Part shown: piece after piece, positions 53,208 through 64,000 of the stretch | How positions within the stretch are numbered: position 1 is the stretch's first letter | Layout of the letters: each line of letters starts with the position of its first letter | From: an uncultured cyanobacterium | GTDB taxonomy: Bacteria; Cyanobacteriota; Cyanobacteriia; Cyanobacteriales; Cyanobacteriaceae | Direction of reading: 5' to 3' | Assembly: GCA_963710605.1 (NCBI GenBank) | Contig: CAVQBA010000006.1 | Coordinates: 480,001-544,000 of the forward strand | DNA length: 64,000 nucleotides | Program-made: the position numbers and the translations under genes | Notes under the pieces: model-generated | Told to the model about the DNA's origin: nothing | Seen by the model: only the letters and a program-made list of their open reading frames with translations | Database searches by the model: none

Positions 53208-56200
53208 TTAAGCAACTGTAAACTCAAATCCAAACACAGCATCATTAAAGTCGTTATCACTAACACCAAGATTAGCGGGTAAATCTTCAAAACCGAAAAT
53301 GTTATTACCTCTAGATTGTAAATGTTCTACACCATCAGGATTAGCACCGATGAAAGAAAAGTAAGCAACTCAATCGTCAAAAAACTTAGCCGCATCATTA
53401 AACTCATTATCTTCACTGTCTTCTTGAGCGATAAATCCATCAAAACCAAGACTACCTGAATTGGCTAAAACGAAAGGTGAATAAGTTTTTCCACCTGCTA
53501 AGATAACATCACCAAATTCGTCCACAGTTGTATTCAAATTTGCATTACCTGAATTTCCTGCTCGAATCACAAAATTATCAACTCGATTAGTAATTGCCGC
53601 TCTGGCATAACCATCATCAGTAGGTAACAAATCAGTAACACCGTCACCATCGATATCAATACCTCCATTTTCGTCATTTATTTCGTAGAAACCAACTAAG
53701 TTATCAAAAGTGGCTTCTGTACCTAAATCAAGAACGTTATCGGTTAGATTGGTAGTTAATTCGATATTTTTAACTGAATTGAAATCATAAGCTAATTTAT
53801 CAAGACGATCGTTATTAGATTCAAATGTAACACCACCATCTTCTAAAAGATTATTTAAAACATCAAGAACATTATCTTGTTCACGTCCGTCTAAATTTTG
53901 AATGCGAAAATCTAAATTAGAGTCGGTATCAGCTTCGTTAAATGCTTGATCTGCTGTCGAGAAAAATTCGCTTAAGTATTCAGCTAATGCGTCTTGCTCG
54001 CTACCTGCGATCGCAAAATCGGCTGAGCCTGATGGTGCATCGGCTAACTCAGTTGTTAATTCAACGATATTTTCACCATAAAAATTAAATGGATAACCGT
54101 CTCCACCGCCTGCAAGGAAATTAAGAGTAACTAAACGAATTTGACGATCGCTATTACCAAATACTTCACCATCTTTAATGATAAGATCGATAATATTATC
54201 ATCTTCATCAACGATCGCTAAGTTTTGAATTCTGTCTCCTTCGGTAACAACATTACCATCGCCATCAAATTCGATCGGTGTACCATTAGGATCAAAACTA
54301 AATTGTAAACCACCAACTTGAGGAAACTGTCCGGGTGTTGCACCATCTGCTGTAGCCGAAACACCATATTCGATTATATTCGCTAACTCTTGAGCAGTAA
54401 CAGTTAGTAAAGTCAATTCGTTGTTGAAACTAAGAGTATTTTCAATATCTAACTGAGAAATTTCTCCTTCTTCTTTACCAGAAACAGGATTAGCTAAGGT
54501 TGGTAATAAATCTCCTGTATTACCATTAACACTTCCAATTTGCGAACGAATACCACCACCATTTTTAAGAGAGACTAACACCGTTTCGTCAAATTCTTGA
54601 GCGACAAATAAGTTAGCGTCAGCAGTAAGATTACCTAAATTAGTTTCTTCGGTACGTACAGAACTACGACGACCTTGTAAGAAGACATCGCTAAAACCAA
54701 ATGTATTACCGTCTTTAGCAATAACTACTCCTGATACTGCATCGGTTAAATCTTGTACTAAACCCGCTTTAGTTCCATCAGCAAAAGGATCGTCATCTCC
54801 CCATAAGGCATTAACATTTTCGTCAGTGGTAGCAATAGGACCGTTATTATCTAAATCAAGGTCATCTAAACTATCTAAAGGAGTACCATCAGAACTAATC
54901 AAGATACCATTATCGTTGAAATCTACCACTAACTGACCGACATAAGAATATTCCCCATCAGTGCTTACAATTACAGTAGGATTACCTTGACTATCGGTGG
55001 TAATCAAAGGATATTGCTGGTCAAAAGTATCACCTGTACGAGGAATATCATCATTGTTACCTAAACGAGTATCCGAACCACCAGCGATAATAATATCAAC
55101 ACCATTTAATAAACCTGCTAATTCTTGTTCTAAAGCTATTTGTTGTAAGTGGCTGACTAAAACAATTTTGTTAACATCATCATCATTACCTGAAATATTA
55201 TCTTCACCATCAACAATATCATTAATTACAGGTTGCAGAACATTAGCTAAGGCTTGCATATCGTTGCTTCCACCAGTAATTTCTTGCGTCAAACCAGGAG
55301 AAGAAATCGTTGCTAATATTTGAGTTGTAGCACCAACTATACCGATCGTTTCGCCACCTGTTTCAATTAAAGTAGCAGGAGCAATTTTAGGAACATCTTG
55401 ACCAGCGTTATCACTATTAGGATTGTTTTGAAAATCTGTATTAACCAAAATTTCATTAGTAAATAAATCAGCTAATTCAGGATCGTTACTAAAATCAAGG
55501 TTGGCGGATAGATAAGGGAAATTAGCACCTACCCAACGATCGCCTTCTACTCCATCTGGGTCACGCATATCGGCTCGAATTAAATCACCAAAAGTCGCTG
55601 AACCTAAATCAAAATCATGATTACCAATTGCTGAGGCATCAAAACCGATCGCATTCATGATTGAAATATCGACTCGACCACCACCTTCACGCAGAGCGTT
55701 GTAAGCATTAGTACCATACAAGGCATTATAAAAATCGTTGAAGACTCCTTGATCACGGAATACATCTCGATCGCCACTAGCACTAAAAAATGGTCCAGGG
55801 ATATAGTTATCTCCAGCCGATAAAGTTAATGTACCATCTACAGGAGTGTTATCTTCAAGATAATCAACGATCGCCGCAAAGTTTGGTGCTTGATCAATCG
55901 CTTCTACTCCTCCTTCTAAATCTGAGGCGTGAAGAACTTGTAAACTAAATTTATTATCATCTCCATCACCGGGAGGATTGCCGCCACCAGCGATCGGAGT
56001 ATTGTTTTCTAATATGGAATAAATACTAGTTGTACCGCTTACTTCATTCGCTACAACTAATAAAGGTTCTCCATTAGGACTATCTTGGGTGCTGATAAAA
56101 GCAAAACCTTCTGGCCCTAAATCACCTGCCTCAGGATTAGCTGAACCGTCTTCTAGTTGTACAGGGATAAAATCACCATTAGCATCAACAAAGTTACGGT

Positions 56201-57571
56201 TGTTAATATATTCAATAAATTCTGGTTGAACAGGGTTAGTGACATCATAGACAACGACTCCGCCAACTCTTTCTAAACCAACAAAGGCATAATTTTTATT
56301 CCCTACTTTACCGACTATAACGCCTTCTGGTTCGGCCCTTTATTATCAGAACGATTTTCAAAGGAATCGTTATCATCATTAGTAGCGTTAAAAAAATCGG
56401 GTAATCGCTCGGCAACAATTCGTTCTAATTGATCGCCACTGTCAAAAACAAGATTACCATTACTATCTAAAATAGAAAAAGAACGAGTACCATAACTTTG
56501 AAGTCGATCGATGTCTCCATCACCATCTAAATCACCATCAATAGAGGAAATAGTCAAACGTCCTAATTGATCATCGTTGGTAATATTTGGGTCAAAACTT
56601 TCGTCTAAAACTAAACCATTACGCCCAAAAGAAGTTACATCACCTAAATCTTTAACTCGTATGGCATCCCCTCTAGCATCAACATCTGCATCTCCTCTAT
56701 CATCACCTTCGTTGGCGATGACATAATATGTTTGCCCATCAAATTCGTAAGAAGCGATCGCATCGGGCATATACATTCCGAAAACAGGAACGGTATTAAT
56801 ATTAATGGCATCATCTCGATCGCTTGGATCTATACCATTACCATCAATACTATGATCTTTTAGACCTAGTGGTAAAATATTATCTACGGTTGCAGTGTCA
56901 AGATTAACAACAGCGATCGCATTATTTTCTTGTAGAGTAACATAGGCTTGAGTGCTATCTGCTGAAACTGCAATATATTCTGGTTCTAAATCTTGAGATA
57001 CTGTCGCATCAGGAAAAATTCTGACTCCATTTGCTCTTAAGTCTTGTAATTGACTATCAAAAGCAGTAAAACCTGCGGTAGTAACTGTAGCGTTATTGAT
57101 TCCATTACTAACATCAATGATACTAATCGAACCAACTGGATCAATCTCACCATCAGGCTCACCTTCGTTAGCAACTACTACTTTGTTACCATCAGGAGTA
57201 AACGTAAGCATATCGGGTAATGCAACCACTGTTACACTATTAACGGGGGTAACAGCAGTACTAAAATCGCTGTCAGTGTTGAAAAATAATACTTCACCAT
57301 TATCAGTTTGAGTATCAGCTTCAATTGCGATCGCAATAATTCCGTCCTTGACTGCAACACTATTTGCTCCTCCGCCTAAGATAGATGCGTCTATCTCGCC
57401 TATTTTATTAGGATTAGTAGGGTCACTTAAATCCAAAACATCGATCGTTACAGCTTGGGCATTAACCACAAACAATCTTTGAGTGAGGGGGTCAAATGCA
57501 GGTATTTCAGCGGCACTTTCATCAAATTGTCCTGTACTGTAAGTGCCAATTAAGTTGAGGTTAATAGCCAT
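53208..57571 (-). pseudogene. Large alkaline phosphatase-like (choice-of-anchor I) / 5'-nucleotidase / DUF4114-like fusion, with frameshift near 56335 and TGA at 53370
   Basis: ANEGEP, DLEPEY, RSDNKG/PEPEG across the shift; LHASDLEG, AGDN, GNHDFD, NGGGIR; after the TGA the frame continues VAYFSF..FGFEDL..DFND to TAA at 53208. Confidence 0.88.
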
Positions 57572-57646
57572 ATTTACTCTTATATTTCTAATTATTACTA
57601 AATGATTTTTAGTAATAACGGATCACTTTAATAGAGTAACCAGAAC

Positions 57647-57686
57647 AAGTTAAATAGACGTTAAACAAGACTAAGAGAAGGTTAAT
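57647..57686 (-). promoter_or_regulatory. Putative Pho box (SphR)
   Basis: Minus strand ATTAACCT, CTTAGTCT, TTTAACGT, TTTAACTT at 11/10/11-bp spacing upstream of the phosphatase; resembles CTTAACCT repeats. Confidence 0.6.
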
Positions 57687-57688
57687 TA

Positions 57689-57840
57689 AGAGTAATGAGT
57701 AATGAGTAAGGAGTAAGGAGTAAGGAGTAACAGGGAATAGAGAAGAAGGAAGTATTAATTGTCAATTGTCGTCTTGGTGGACATTCCCTTGCGTCTTTCG
57801 CCGACGCGGGCTTCCACCGCAATTGTCAATTGTCAATTAT
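57689..57840. repeat. GAGTAAG and AATTGTC heptamer arrays with the 50-bp element at 57771-57820
   Basis: Reverse-complement copy of 48088-48137. Confidence 0.9.
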
Positions 57841-57846
57841 CAATAA

Positions 57847-58965
57847 CTATCGCTCTAAAGAAAGCTCATCTTTGTTACCTAAAATTCCTTGAGGTCGCCA
57901 AATCATCAAAATCATTAGTACTAATCCAATTACCATGACTCTGAATGCACCAAGTTGAGAATCACTAATAAGATCAGAATTACTAAAAATAAAACGAGTA
58001 ATAGAGTCGTAGCCCCAAAATATCATTGCACCAAGCAAGACTCCTGCATTATTACCAGAACCACCTAAAATAACAATAATCCAGCAGTTGAAGGTTAGTA
58101 AAGGTTCAAAACTAGTCGGATAAATAGTAGTTAATTGCCAAGCATAAAAAGCACCTGCTATTCCTGCGATCGCTCCTCCTAACATAAAAGATTGTAATTT
58201 ATACCAAAAAACGTTTTTACCAAGGGCTTTAGCGATTTCTTCATCTTCTCGAATTGCTTTTAAGACTCTTCCCCATGGTGAATGTACAATAATATCTAAT
58301 CCGAAATAAACGATCGCTAAGGTAATGAGGATAAGTAACATCAACCCTGCCTTATAAGTATAGTTAGAAAGAGCGATCGTACCATTGATATAGACTAACA
58401 AAATTAAAGCAAAAGCTAACATACCCCAACCATAAGTAGCGGTTTTGTTCGGCGGTTGATAACTTTTCCCTTGAATATCTTTACCTAGTTGTAAACGTTG
58501 TTTTATATTACGCCATAATTGCCATGTCGTGAAAACAGCTAAGATAGTCAAAATACCAATCATCATTATTCTTCCTAAAGGATTGGGTTGAAAATCGCCA
58601 AAAGGTAACTGATAACCTTGAATCCCAAATGTACCTCTAGTTAACCATTCTTCATTTTGAACGATTAAACGAATTAATTCTGATACCCCAATAGTAACAA
58701 TTGCTAAATAATCTTCTCTTAATTTTAAAGTACTAAAACCAATTAATAAACCCAGTATTGATGCGCCGATAGCCCCAATTATCATGGCAATAAATAATGG
58801 TACACCTTGCCCGGCTAATAATACTGTAAGATAAGCACCGATTGTCATGAAGGCAACATGACCAAAATTAATTAAACCTGTAAATCCCCACTGTAAATTT
58901 AAACCTAAAGCAAACAAACCATATAAACTAGCAGAGATTGTCAAAAAGACTAGATATTCAACCAT
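57847..58965 (-). CDS. Branched-chain/neutral amino acid ABC transporter permease (LivM/NatC type)
   Basis: GFTGLINFGH, LREDYLAIVT, SPWGRVLKAIREDE, RPQGILG. Confidence 0.9.
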   Translation of the reverse strand: MVEYLVFLTISASLYGLFALGLNLQWGFTGLINFGHVAFMTIGAYLTVLLAGQGVPLFIAMIIGAIGASILGLLIGFSTLKLREDYLAIVTIGVSELIRLIVQNEEWLTRGTFGIQGYQLPFGDFQPNPLGRIMMIGILTILAVFTTWQLWRNIKQRLQLGKDIQGKSYQPPNKTATYGWGMLAFALILLVYINGTIALSNYTYKAGLMLLILITLAIVYFGLDIIVHSPWGRVLKAIREDEEIAKALGKNVFWYKLQSFMLGGAIAGIAGAFYAWQLTTIYPTSFEPLLTFNCWIIVILGGSGNNAGVLLGAMIFWGYDSITRFIFSNSDLISDSQLGAFRVMVIGLVLMILMIWRPQGILGNKDELSLER

Positions 58966-59181
58966 GACAACTGTTTTTTTCTTTAAAGCACAAGTAAACT
59001 TAACATCATAGCCAAAATTGTCATTTTTATAAAATCTGTCATGATTTACTCAACTTATAGATAAGCAAAGATTGAATTAGACAACAAACAGATACTATAA
59101 TGACAGTTTGAAATTAAAGCTTTGAAACCATTATCAATCTTATCAAGCAAATCATTATATATAGTAAGTTAATTAAAAAAA

Positions 59182-60323
59182 GTGGTAAATACTACTCGTG
59201 CGAGCATCAGAAAGAACCAAAAACGTCAGTTAGCCACCGAAATTGGTGCGATTGTTGCTATCGGAATTATCTTAGTGATCGTTTTACCTTTATTCTTAAG
59301 TCCATTCCGACTTCAATTATTAGGTAGATTTTTAGCCTTAGCGATCGTTGCTTTAGGAATTGATTTAATCTGGGGTTATACAGGATTGTTAAGTTTAGGT
59401 CATGGTATTTTCTTTGCTTTAGGTGGATATGCGATCGCTATGTACCTGAAATTGCAATTACCTGATGGGCAGTTACCTGAGTTTTTTACTCTTTATGGAG
59501 TTAAAGAATTACCTTTTTTTGGCAACCATTTTATTCTTTTCCTTTTACTATTCTGGCTATTTTTGTCGTACCGGCTATCGTAGCGGGCATACTTGGTTAT
59601 TTAGTTTTTCGTAATCGTATTAAAGGGGTTTATTTTTCGATTATTACCCAAGCGGCTTTAATTGTCTTTTTCAACTTTTTTAATGGACAACAAGAATTAA
59701 TTAATGGTACTAATGGTTTAAAAACAGATAGCGAGATGATTTTTGGTGTTGTCGCTAGTTCGCAAACTGCTCAAGTTGCTTTTTATCAATGTACAATCGT
59801 CTTTTTATTATTAGCTTATCTTTTGTGTCGATGGCTAACTAACGGTAGATTAGGGCGTTTGTTGATTGCTATTCGTGATGATGAAAATAGAGTTCGCTTT
59901 TCAGGTTACAATCCGACAGGTTTTAAAGTCTTGGTTTTTGCTGTCTCAGGTGCGATCGCAGGAGTGGCAGGTGCTTTATATACTCTACAAACAGGAATTA
60001 TCACCCCTAGCATCATGGAAGTCGCATTTTCGATCGAAATGGTCATTTGGGTGGCAGTGGGTGGTAGAGGTACTTTGATTGGGGCGATTATTGGTACTTT
60101 ACTCGTTCGCTTCGGGCAAACATTTTTAAGCGAGCAATACCCAGAAATTTGGTTATTTTTCCAAGGTGCGTTATTTTTGATGGTAGTAACCGTTTTACCC
60201 GATGGAATAGTCGGCTGGTGGAATGATTGGGCTTGGGTCAAAATCAAATCAGTCTTAGGTTTAAAACCTAATCTAGTTTCCTATCCTGCAATCGAAAATA
60301 AATCCGAAATAGATTCAGAATAA
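59182..60323 (+). pseudogene. urtC: Urea ABC transporter permease, one T missing in a T7 run at 59514-59520
   Basis: [48 protein letters not shown]; adding one T restores LPFFWQPF. Confidence 0.88.
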
Positions 60324-60412
60324 TCAACTCAAGCAAGATTATTATCTATTATTTAGGAGATAAAAATTAGTCTTGTTTGTATTTGTATTGTTAGAAAATA
60401 AAAAATTAAGGC

Positions 60413-60438
60413 GCTCAAAGTAAAACTATATTTTGAGC
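60413..60438 (+). terminator. Hairpin downstream of urtC
   Basis: GCTCAAA...TTTGAGC. Confidence 0.35.
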
Positions 60439-60731
60439 TTGGTACGATCATAAAGATCAACGGTATTAACAATAATGTTTCAATGACATTATAATTATCG
60501 CAGAAGGTATCAAAACCCTTAAGCAGTAGTTCTATTTTTCCACGAACTGATGACGAATCTCGCCCATTGAAAACGAACAAAAAAAGCTGAGCGTAAAAGT
60601 TACAATAGAGTGTGCGGGTGTTTAAAAAAAAAAAATTAGCCGATAAAACAATAATATTTGAAAATTTTCAAATATGTTGTCTGATTACTACTTAACACCT
60701 AACACCTAAAAACCCAACACCTAAAAATCTA

Positions 60732-62288
60732 ATGGCTAAAACCAGAACTGTCTATATCTGTAATTCTTGTGGTGCAGAATCTTCTCAGTGGTTTGGTAAA
60801 TGTCCTAGTTGTGATGTTTACGGTAGTTTAGAAGAATCTGTAATTAATGGCAATAATAGTAATGGTCATTTTAATCGTAGTAATTGGCAATCTGGTAAAA
60901 AAGAAGCTAATCGTAATTTAGTCGAGCCTAAAGCGAGAATATCAGTTAAGTTTTCTGATATTACAGAACAAGAACAACCCCGTATGGAGTCAGGTTATCA
61001 AGAACTCGATCGAGTTTTAGGTGGTGGTATTGTACCCGGCTCTCTTATTTTAATTGGTGGAGACCCCGGAATTGGTAAATCAACTTTATTGTTACAAACC
61101 GCAAATCAGTTAGCTATTCGTTTTCCTCGTATTCTTTACGTTTCAGCCGAAGAATCAGGGCAACAAATCAAATTAAGGGCTTCTCGTTTGGGTGTAGGGG
61201 CTTCACAAGAGCAAGAGCAAGAGAAGGAGCAAGAGAAGGAGCAACAATCCAAATCAGAGCCAAAAAAAGGTAAAAGCCCCAGCAAAAAAAAACAGTTAAA
61301 AGAGGAACATCTTGATCCGAATTTGTATGTATTAGCAGAAACAGATTTAGAAGAAATTTTGCGAGAATTAGAGTCTTTAAAACCACAAGTTGCTATTATC
61401 GATAGTATTCAAACTCTCCATTTTGCCACTCTTAATTCAGCCCCTGGTTCTGTTTCTCAGGTGAGAGAATGTACTTCTGCTTTAATGCAAGTAGCGAAAA
61501 GAGAAAACATTACTTTATTTATTGTTGGTCATGTTACTAAAGAAGGTGCGATCGCAGGACCGAGAGTTTTAGAACATTTAGTTGATACTGTCTTATATTT
61601 TGAGGGCGATCGTTATGCTTCTCATCGTCTATTACGATCGGTCAAAAATCGTTTTGGGGCAACTCACGAAATCGGTATTTTTGAAATGGTTGATCATGGT
61701 TTGGATGAGGTGACTAATCCTTCAGAAATATTTATGAGTAACCGTGATGAAAGATCTCCTGGTACTGCTACGATCGTCTCTTGTGAAGGTACTCGCTCTT
61801 TGGTGGTCGAATTACAAGCATTAGTAAGCCCAACTAGTTATACTTCTCCTCGACGTTCAACCACAGGAGTAGATTACAACCGTCTGCAACAAATTCTCGC
61901 AGTTTTAGAAAAAAGAGTCGGTATTCCTTTATCCAAGTTAGATGCTTATCTAGCTTCGGCTGGTGGCTTAGGTGTAGAAGAGCCTGCGGCTGACTTAGGT
62001 ATTGCGATCGCCCTCGTAGCTAGTTTTCGTGATCGAGTAGTCGATCCAGGTACAATCTTAATTGGCGAAATCGGTTTAGGAGGACAAGTACGTCTTGTTT
62101 CGCAAATGGAATTAAGATTAAAAGAAGCGGCGAAATTAGGCTTTCAACGAGCTATAGTGCCTAAAGGGCAGACTTACTCTACTGATTTAGGTTTAGAAAT
62201 TTTAAGCGTCGGTAAAGTGATAGATGCGATCGGTTTAGCTATTCCTCATAATCAAGATACTTCGGAAAATGATGATGATGATGAGTAG
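60732..62288 (+). CDS. radA: DNA repair protein RadA/Sms
   Basis: C4 Zn finger, GDPGIGKS, KNRFG, Lon-like C-terminus. Confidence 0.97.
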   Translation: MAKTRTVYICNSCGAESSQWFGKCPSCDVYGSLEESVINGNNSNGHFNRSNWQSGKKEANRNLVEPKARISVKFSDITEQEQPRMESGYQELDRVLGGGIVPGSLILIGGDPGIGKSTLLLQTANQLAIRFPRILYVSAEESGQQIKLRASRLGVGASQEQEQEKEQEKEQQSKSEPKKGKSPSKKKQLKEEHLDPNLYVLAETDLEEILRELESLKPQVAIIDSIQTLHFATLNSAPGSVSQVRECTSALMQVAKRENITLFIVGHVTKEGAIAGPRVLEHLVDTVLYFEGDRYASHRLLRSVKNRFGATHEIGIFEMVDHGLDEVTNPSEIFMSNRDERSPGTATIVSCEGTRSLVVELQALVSPTSYTSPRRSTTGVDYNRLQQILAVLEKRVGIPLSKLDAYLASAGGLGVEEPAADLGIAIALVASFRDRVVDPGTILIGEIGLGGQVRLVSQMELRLKEAAKLGFQRAIVPKGQTYSTDLGLEILSVGKVIDAIGLAIPHNQDTSENDDDDE

Positions 62289-62393
62289 TTAATAAATAAT
62301 AATTATCTTGTTACTGTGATATTTGCGATTAATGGTGAGAAAAATGGGCATACTTATGCAATATTGATTAGTCATTGGTAATTTAAAGAAAAG

Positions 62394-63275
62394 ATGAAAA
62401 TCTTAGTAACAATCGCACATTTTTTTAAGCAACAAGAAGATGGAAAATATGGTTCACAGAGAAATCCAGAGCCACGTCTAAGAGCGTTAAACCAATCAAT
62501 ACTCTCTTTACAACAATTATTTGGCATCAACCCTTTAATGATTCAAGTATGGCAAAAAGATACCATTCAAGCTAATCAACTGCAAAATAGCCAATTAGAC
62601 ATTGTCATTTGTACAACAGGAGAAAATCATTTAGTTGAGCAAATATCTTTACCAAAAAGTTTATTTACTCATTATAATACCGATTCTGAACCACTTTTTT
62701 TAGGTTATGAATGTCATAAATTTTTAGCGGAAAATTTAGATAAATATGATTATTATTGTTTTTTAGAAGATGATTTAATTATTCATGATCCTAATTTTTT
62801 TACTAAGCTAGATTGGTTTAATCAAGTTACCGATATGCACAAAGTTTTGTTTCCTAATCGTTATGAATTAGGTTTGAGTCAATACACAGGTAAATGTTAT
62901 GTTGATGGTGATTTGAGAGCAGGTGTAACTCAACCATTTCAAAATATTAATCATGAGCCAGAATTAGCAGGTAAAGTGATGAATCAGCAGGTTATTTTTC
63001 GTCGCCCATTAAATCCTCATTCGGGTTGTTTTTTTCTAACTAATGAACAACTTAAACATTGGACAAAACAAGATTATTTTTTAGATAAAGACGATCGTTT
63101 TATTGGACCATTAGAAAGTGCCGCTACACTAGGTATTATGAGAACTTTTCAAATCTATAAACCGGCACCTGAAACTGCTAACTTTTTAGAAATTCATCAT
63201 TGGGGAACTTCTTATATGAGTTTGTTGGGTTCGGTTGTTTCTATTAATCATAAAAAAATCAAAAAAATTAATTAA
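62394..63275 (+). CDS. Hypothetical protein, possible GT-A-like fold
   Basis: 293-aa ORF with YYCFLEDD motif. Confidence 0.7.
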   Translation: MKILVTIAHFFKQQEDGKYGSQRNPEPRLRALNQSILSLQQLFGINPLMIQVWQKDTIQANQLQNSQLDIVICTTGENHLVEQISLPKSLFTHYNTDSEPLFLGYECHKFLAENLDKYDYYCFLEDDLIIHDPNFFTKLDWFNQVTDMHKVLFPNRYELGLSQYTGKCYVDGDLRAGVTQPFQNINHEPELAGKVMNQQVIFRRPLNPHSGCFFLTNEQLKHWTKQDYFLDKDDRFIGPLESAATLGIMRTFQIYKPAPETANFLEIHHWGTSYMSLLGSVVSINHKKIKKIN

Positions 63276-63386
63276 AATTATAATCAGGGTTGTAGTAAGA
63301 ACTAAAAAAGTCTTTGATCTAACTTTCAACATCATTAATTGCCGATTAGCAAACAAGCTCAAGTTAGTAAACAAGATTATGATCAA

Positions 63387-64000
63387 CTACAATAATAAAT
63401 TTAAAGGAATAATCGGAGTTGCACCTTGAACTGATGCTACATAAGCACCTATTTGATTAGCAAGTACAGTAATTTTTTGAGGAGACAAACCGGCTAAATA
63501 CTGGGTAATTATCACCGCACTAACAGCATCTCCTGCACCAACCGAGTCAGCATTTTGATCTAAATTATTAATTTCTACTGGAATAGCAGTTGTTTCTCCT
63601 GACTCATCTATCCATTTAGTACCTAATTTTCCTTGGGTTAAAACAATCCATTTTAGGTTATATTTTTCTAACCAACTATGAATATTACGATCGAAATTAA
63701 GGTTTTTTTGTAAATAATTAGCTTCAGCTAAATTTAATTTTAATCCATCTGCTAAAGCGATACTTTTATTAATTATCTCGCTTGAAACAAAAGGGATTCT
63801 TAAATTTAAATCAAGCATTTTGAAACCAGAAAAACAATCGATAATTTGATATATAGTTGCCCTTGTTCGATCATTTCTTTGAGCTAAAGTCCCAAAATAA
63901 AGACAATCATAATCTTGAATATCGATCGTTAATTGCTGATTATATTGTAAATAATCCCAGGCTACGTCTTTGATGATTGAATAATTAGGCTCATTTGTTT
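63387..64000 (-). CDS. PfkB-family carbohydrate kinase, 5'-partial
   Basis: AWDY, YFGTLAQR, DLNLR, LTQGKLG, DSVGAGD. Confidence 0.9.
   Translation of the reverse strand, partial: TNEPNYSIIKDVAWDYLQYNQQLTIDIQDYDCLYFGTLAQRNDRTRATIYQIIDCFSGFKMLDLNLRIPFVSSEIINKSIALADGLKLNLAEANYLQKNLNFDRNIHSWLEKYNLKWIVLTQGKLGTKWIDESGETTAIPVEINNLDQNADSVGAGDAVSAVIITQYLAGLSPQKITVLANQIGAYVASVQGATPIIPLNLLL

Noticed and set aside
58966..59181. NtcA site expected upstream of urtC
   Set aside because: No convincing GTA-N8-TAC found by eye.
60477..60516. GTTTCAATGAC...CAAAAC resembles a CRISPR repeat
   Set aside because: Single copy, no spacers, no cas genes in the window.
60353..60580. 75-aa ORF
   Set aside because: TTG start, no recognisable motif, AT-rich tail.

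Overview
AT-rich cyanobacterial chromosomal window, Geminocystis/Cyanobacterium-like by inference (hliD, pds, crtB, dense CGATCG/HIP1 sites, heptamer arrays). The backbone is housekeeping genes: glmU, tmk, pheS, hisS, proB, nadA, menI, crtB, pds, radA. Three accessory blocks stand out. (1) 7.2-17.7 kb: a copper-resistance island (copA, copB, Grx-MauE, DUF411, CopR/CopS-type two-component system) with two perfect TTTCAT-N5-TTTCAT boxes, split by a complete IS605 element. (2) 30-34 kb: a Trypco1-like gene plus a caspase-nSTAND1-TM-pentapeptide gene (putative conflict system) bracketed by composite dispersed repeats; inverted copies enclose the small gene. (3) 35.3-38.7 kb: a decayed plasmid-derived island with a diverged proB fragment, an oriT-like site and a MobA/MobL relaxase lacking all three metal-binding histidines. 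A family of small GC-rich hairpin elements beginning GCGGT (three ending ACCAAGAC) is inserted into heptamer arrays and into the tnpB 3' end. Several accessory genes carry single frameshifts or in-frame stops. No rRNA, tRNA or CRISPR array was recognised.
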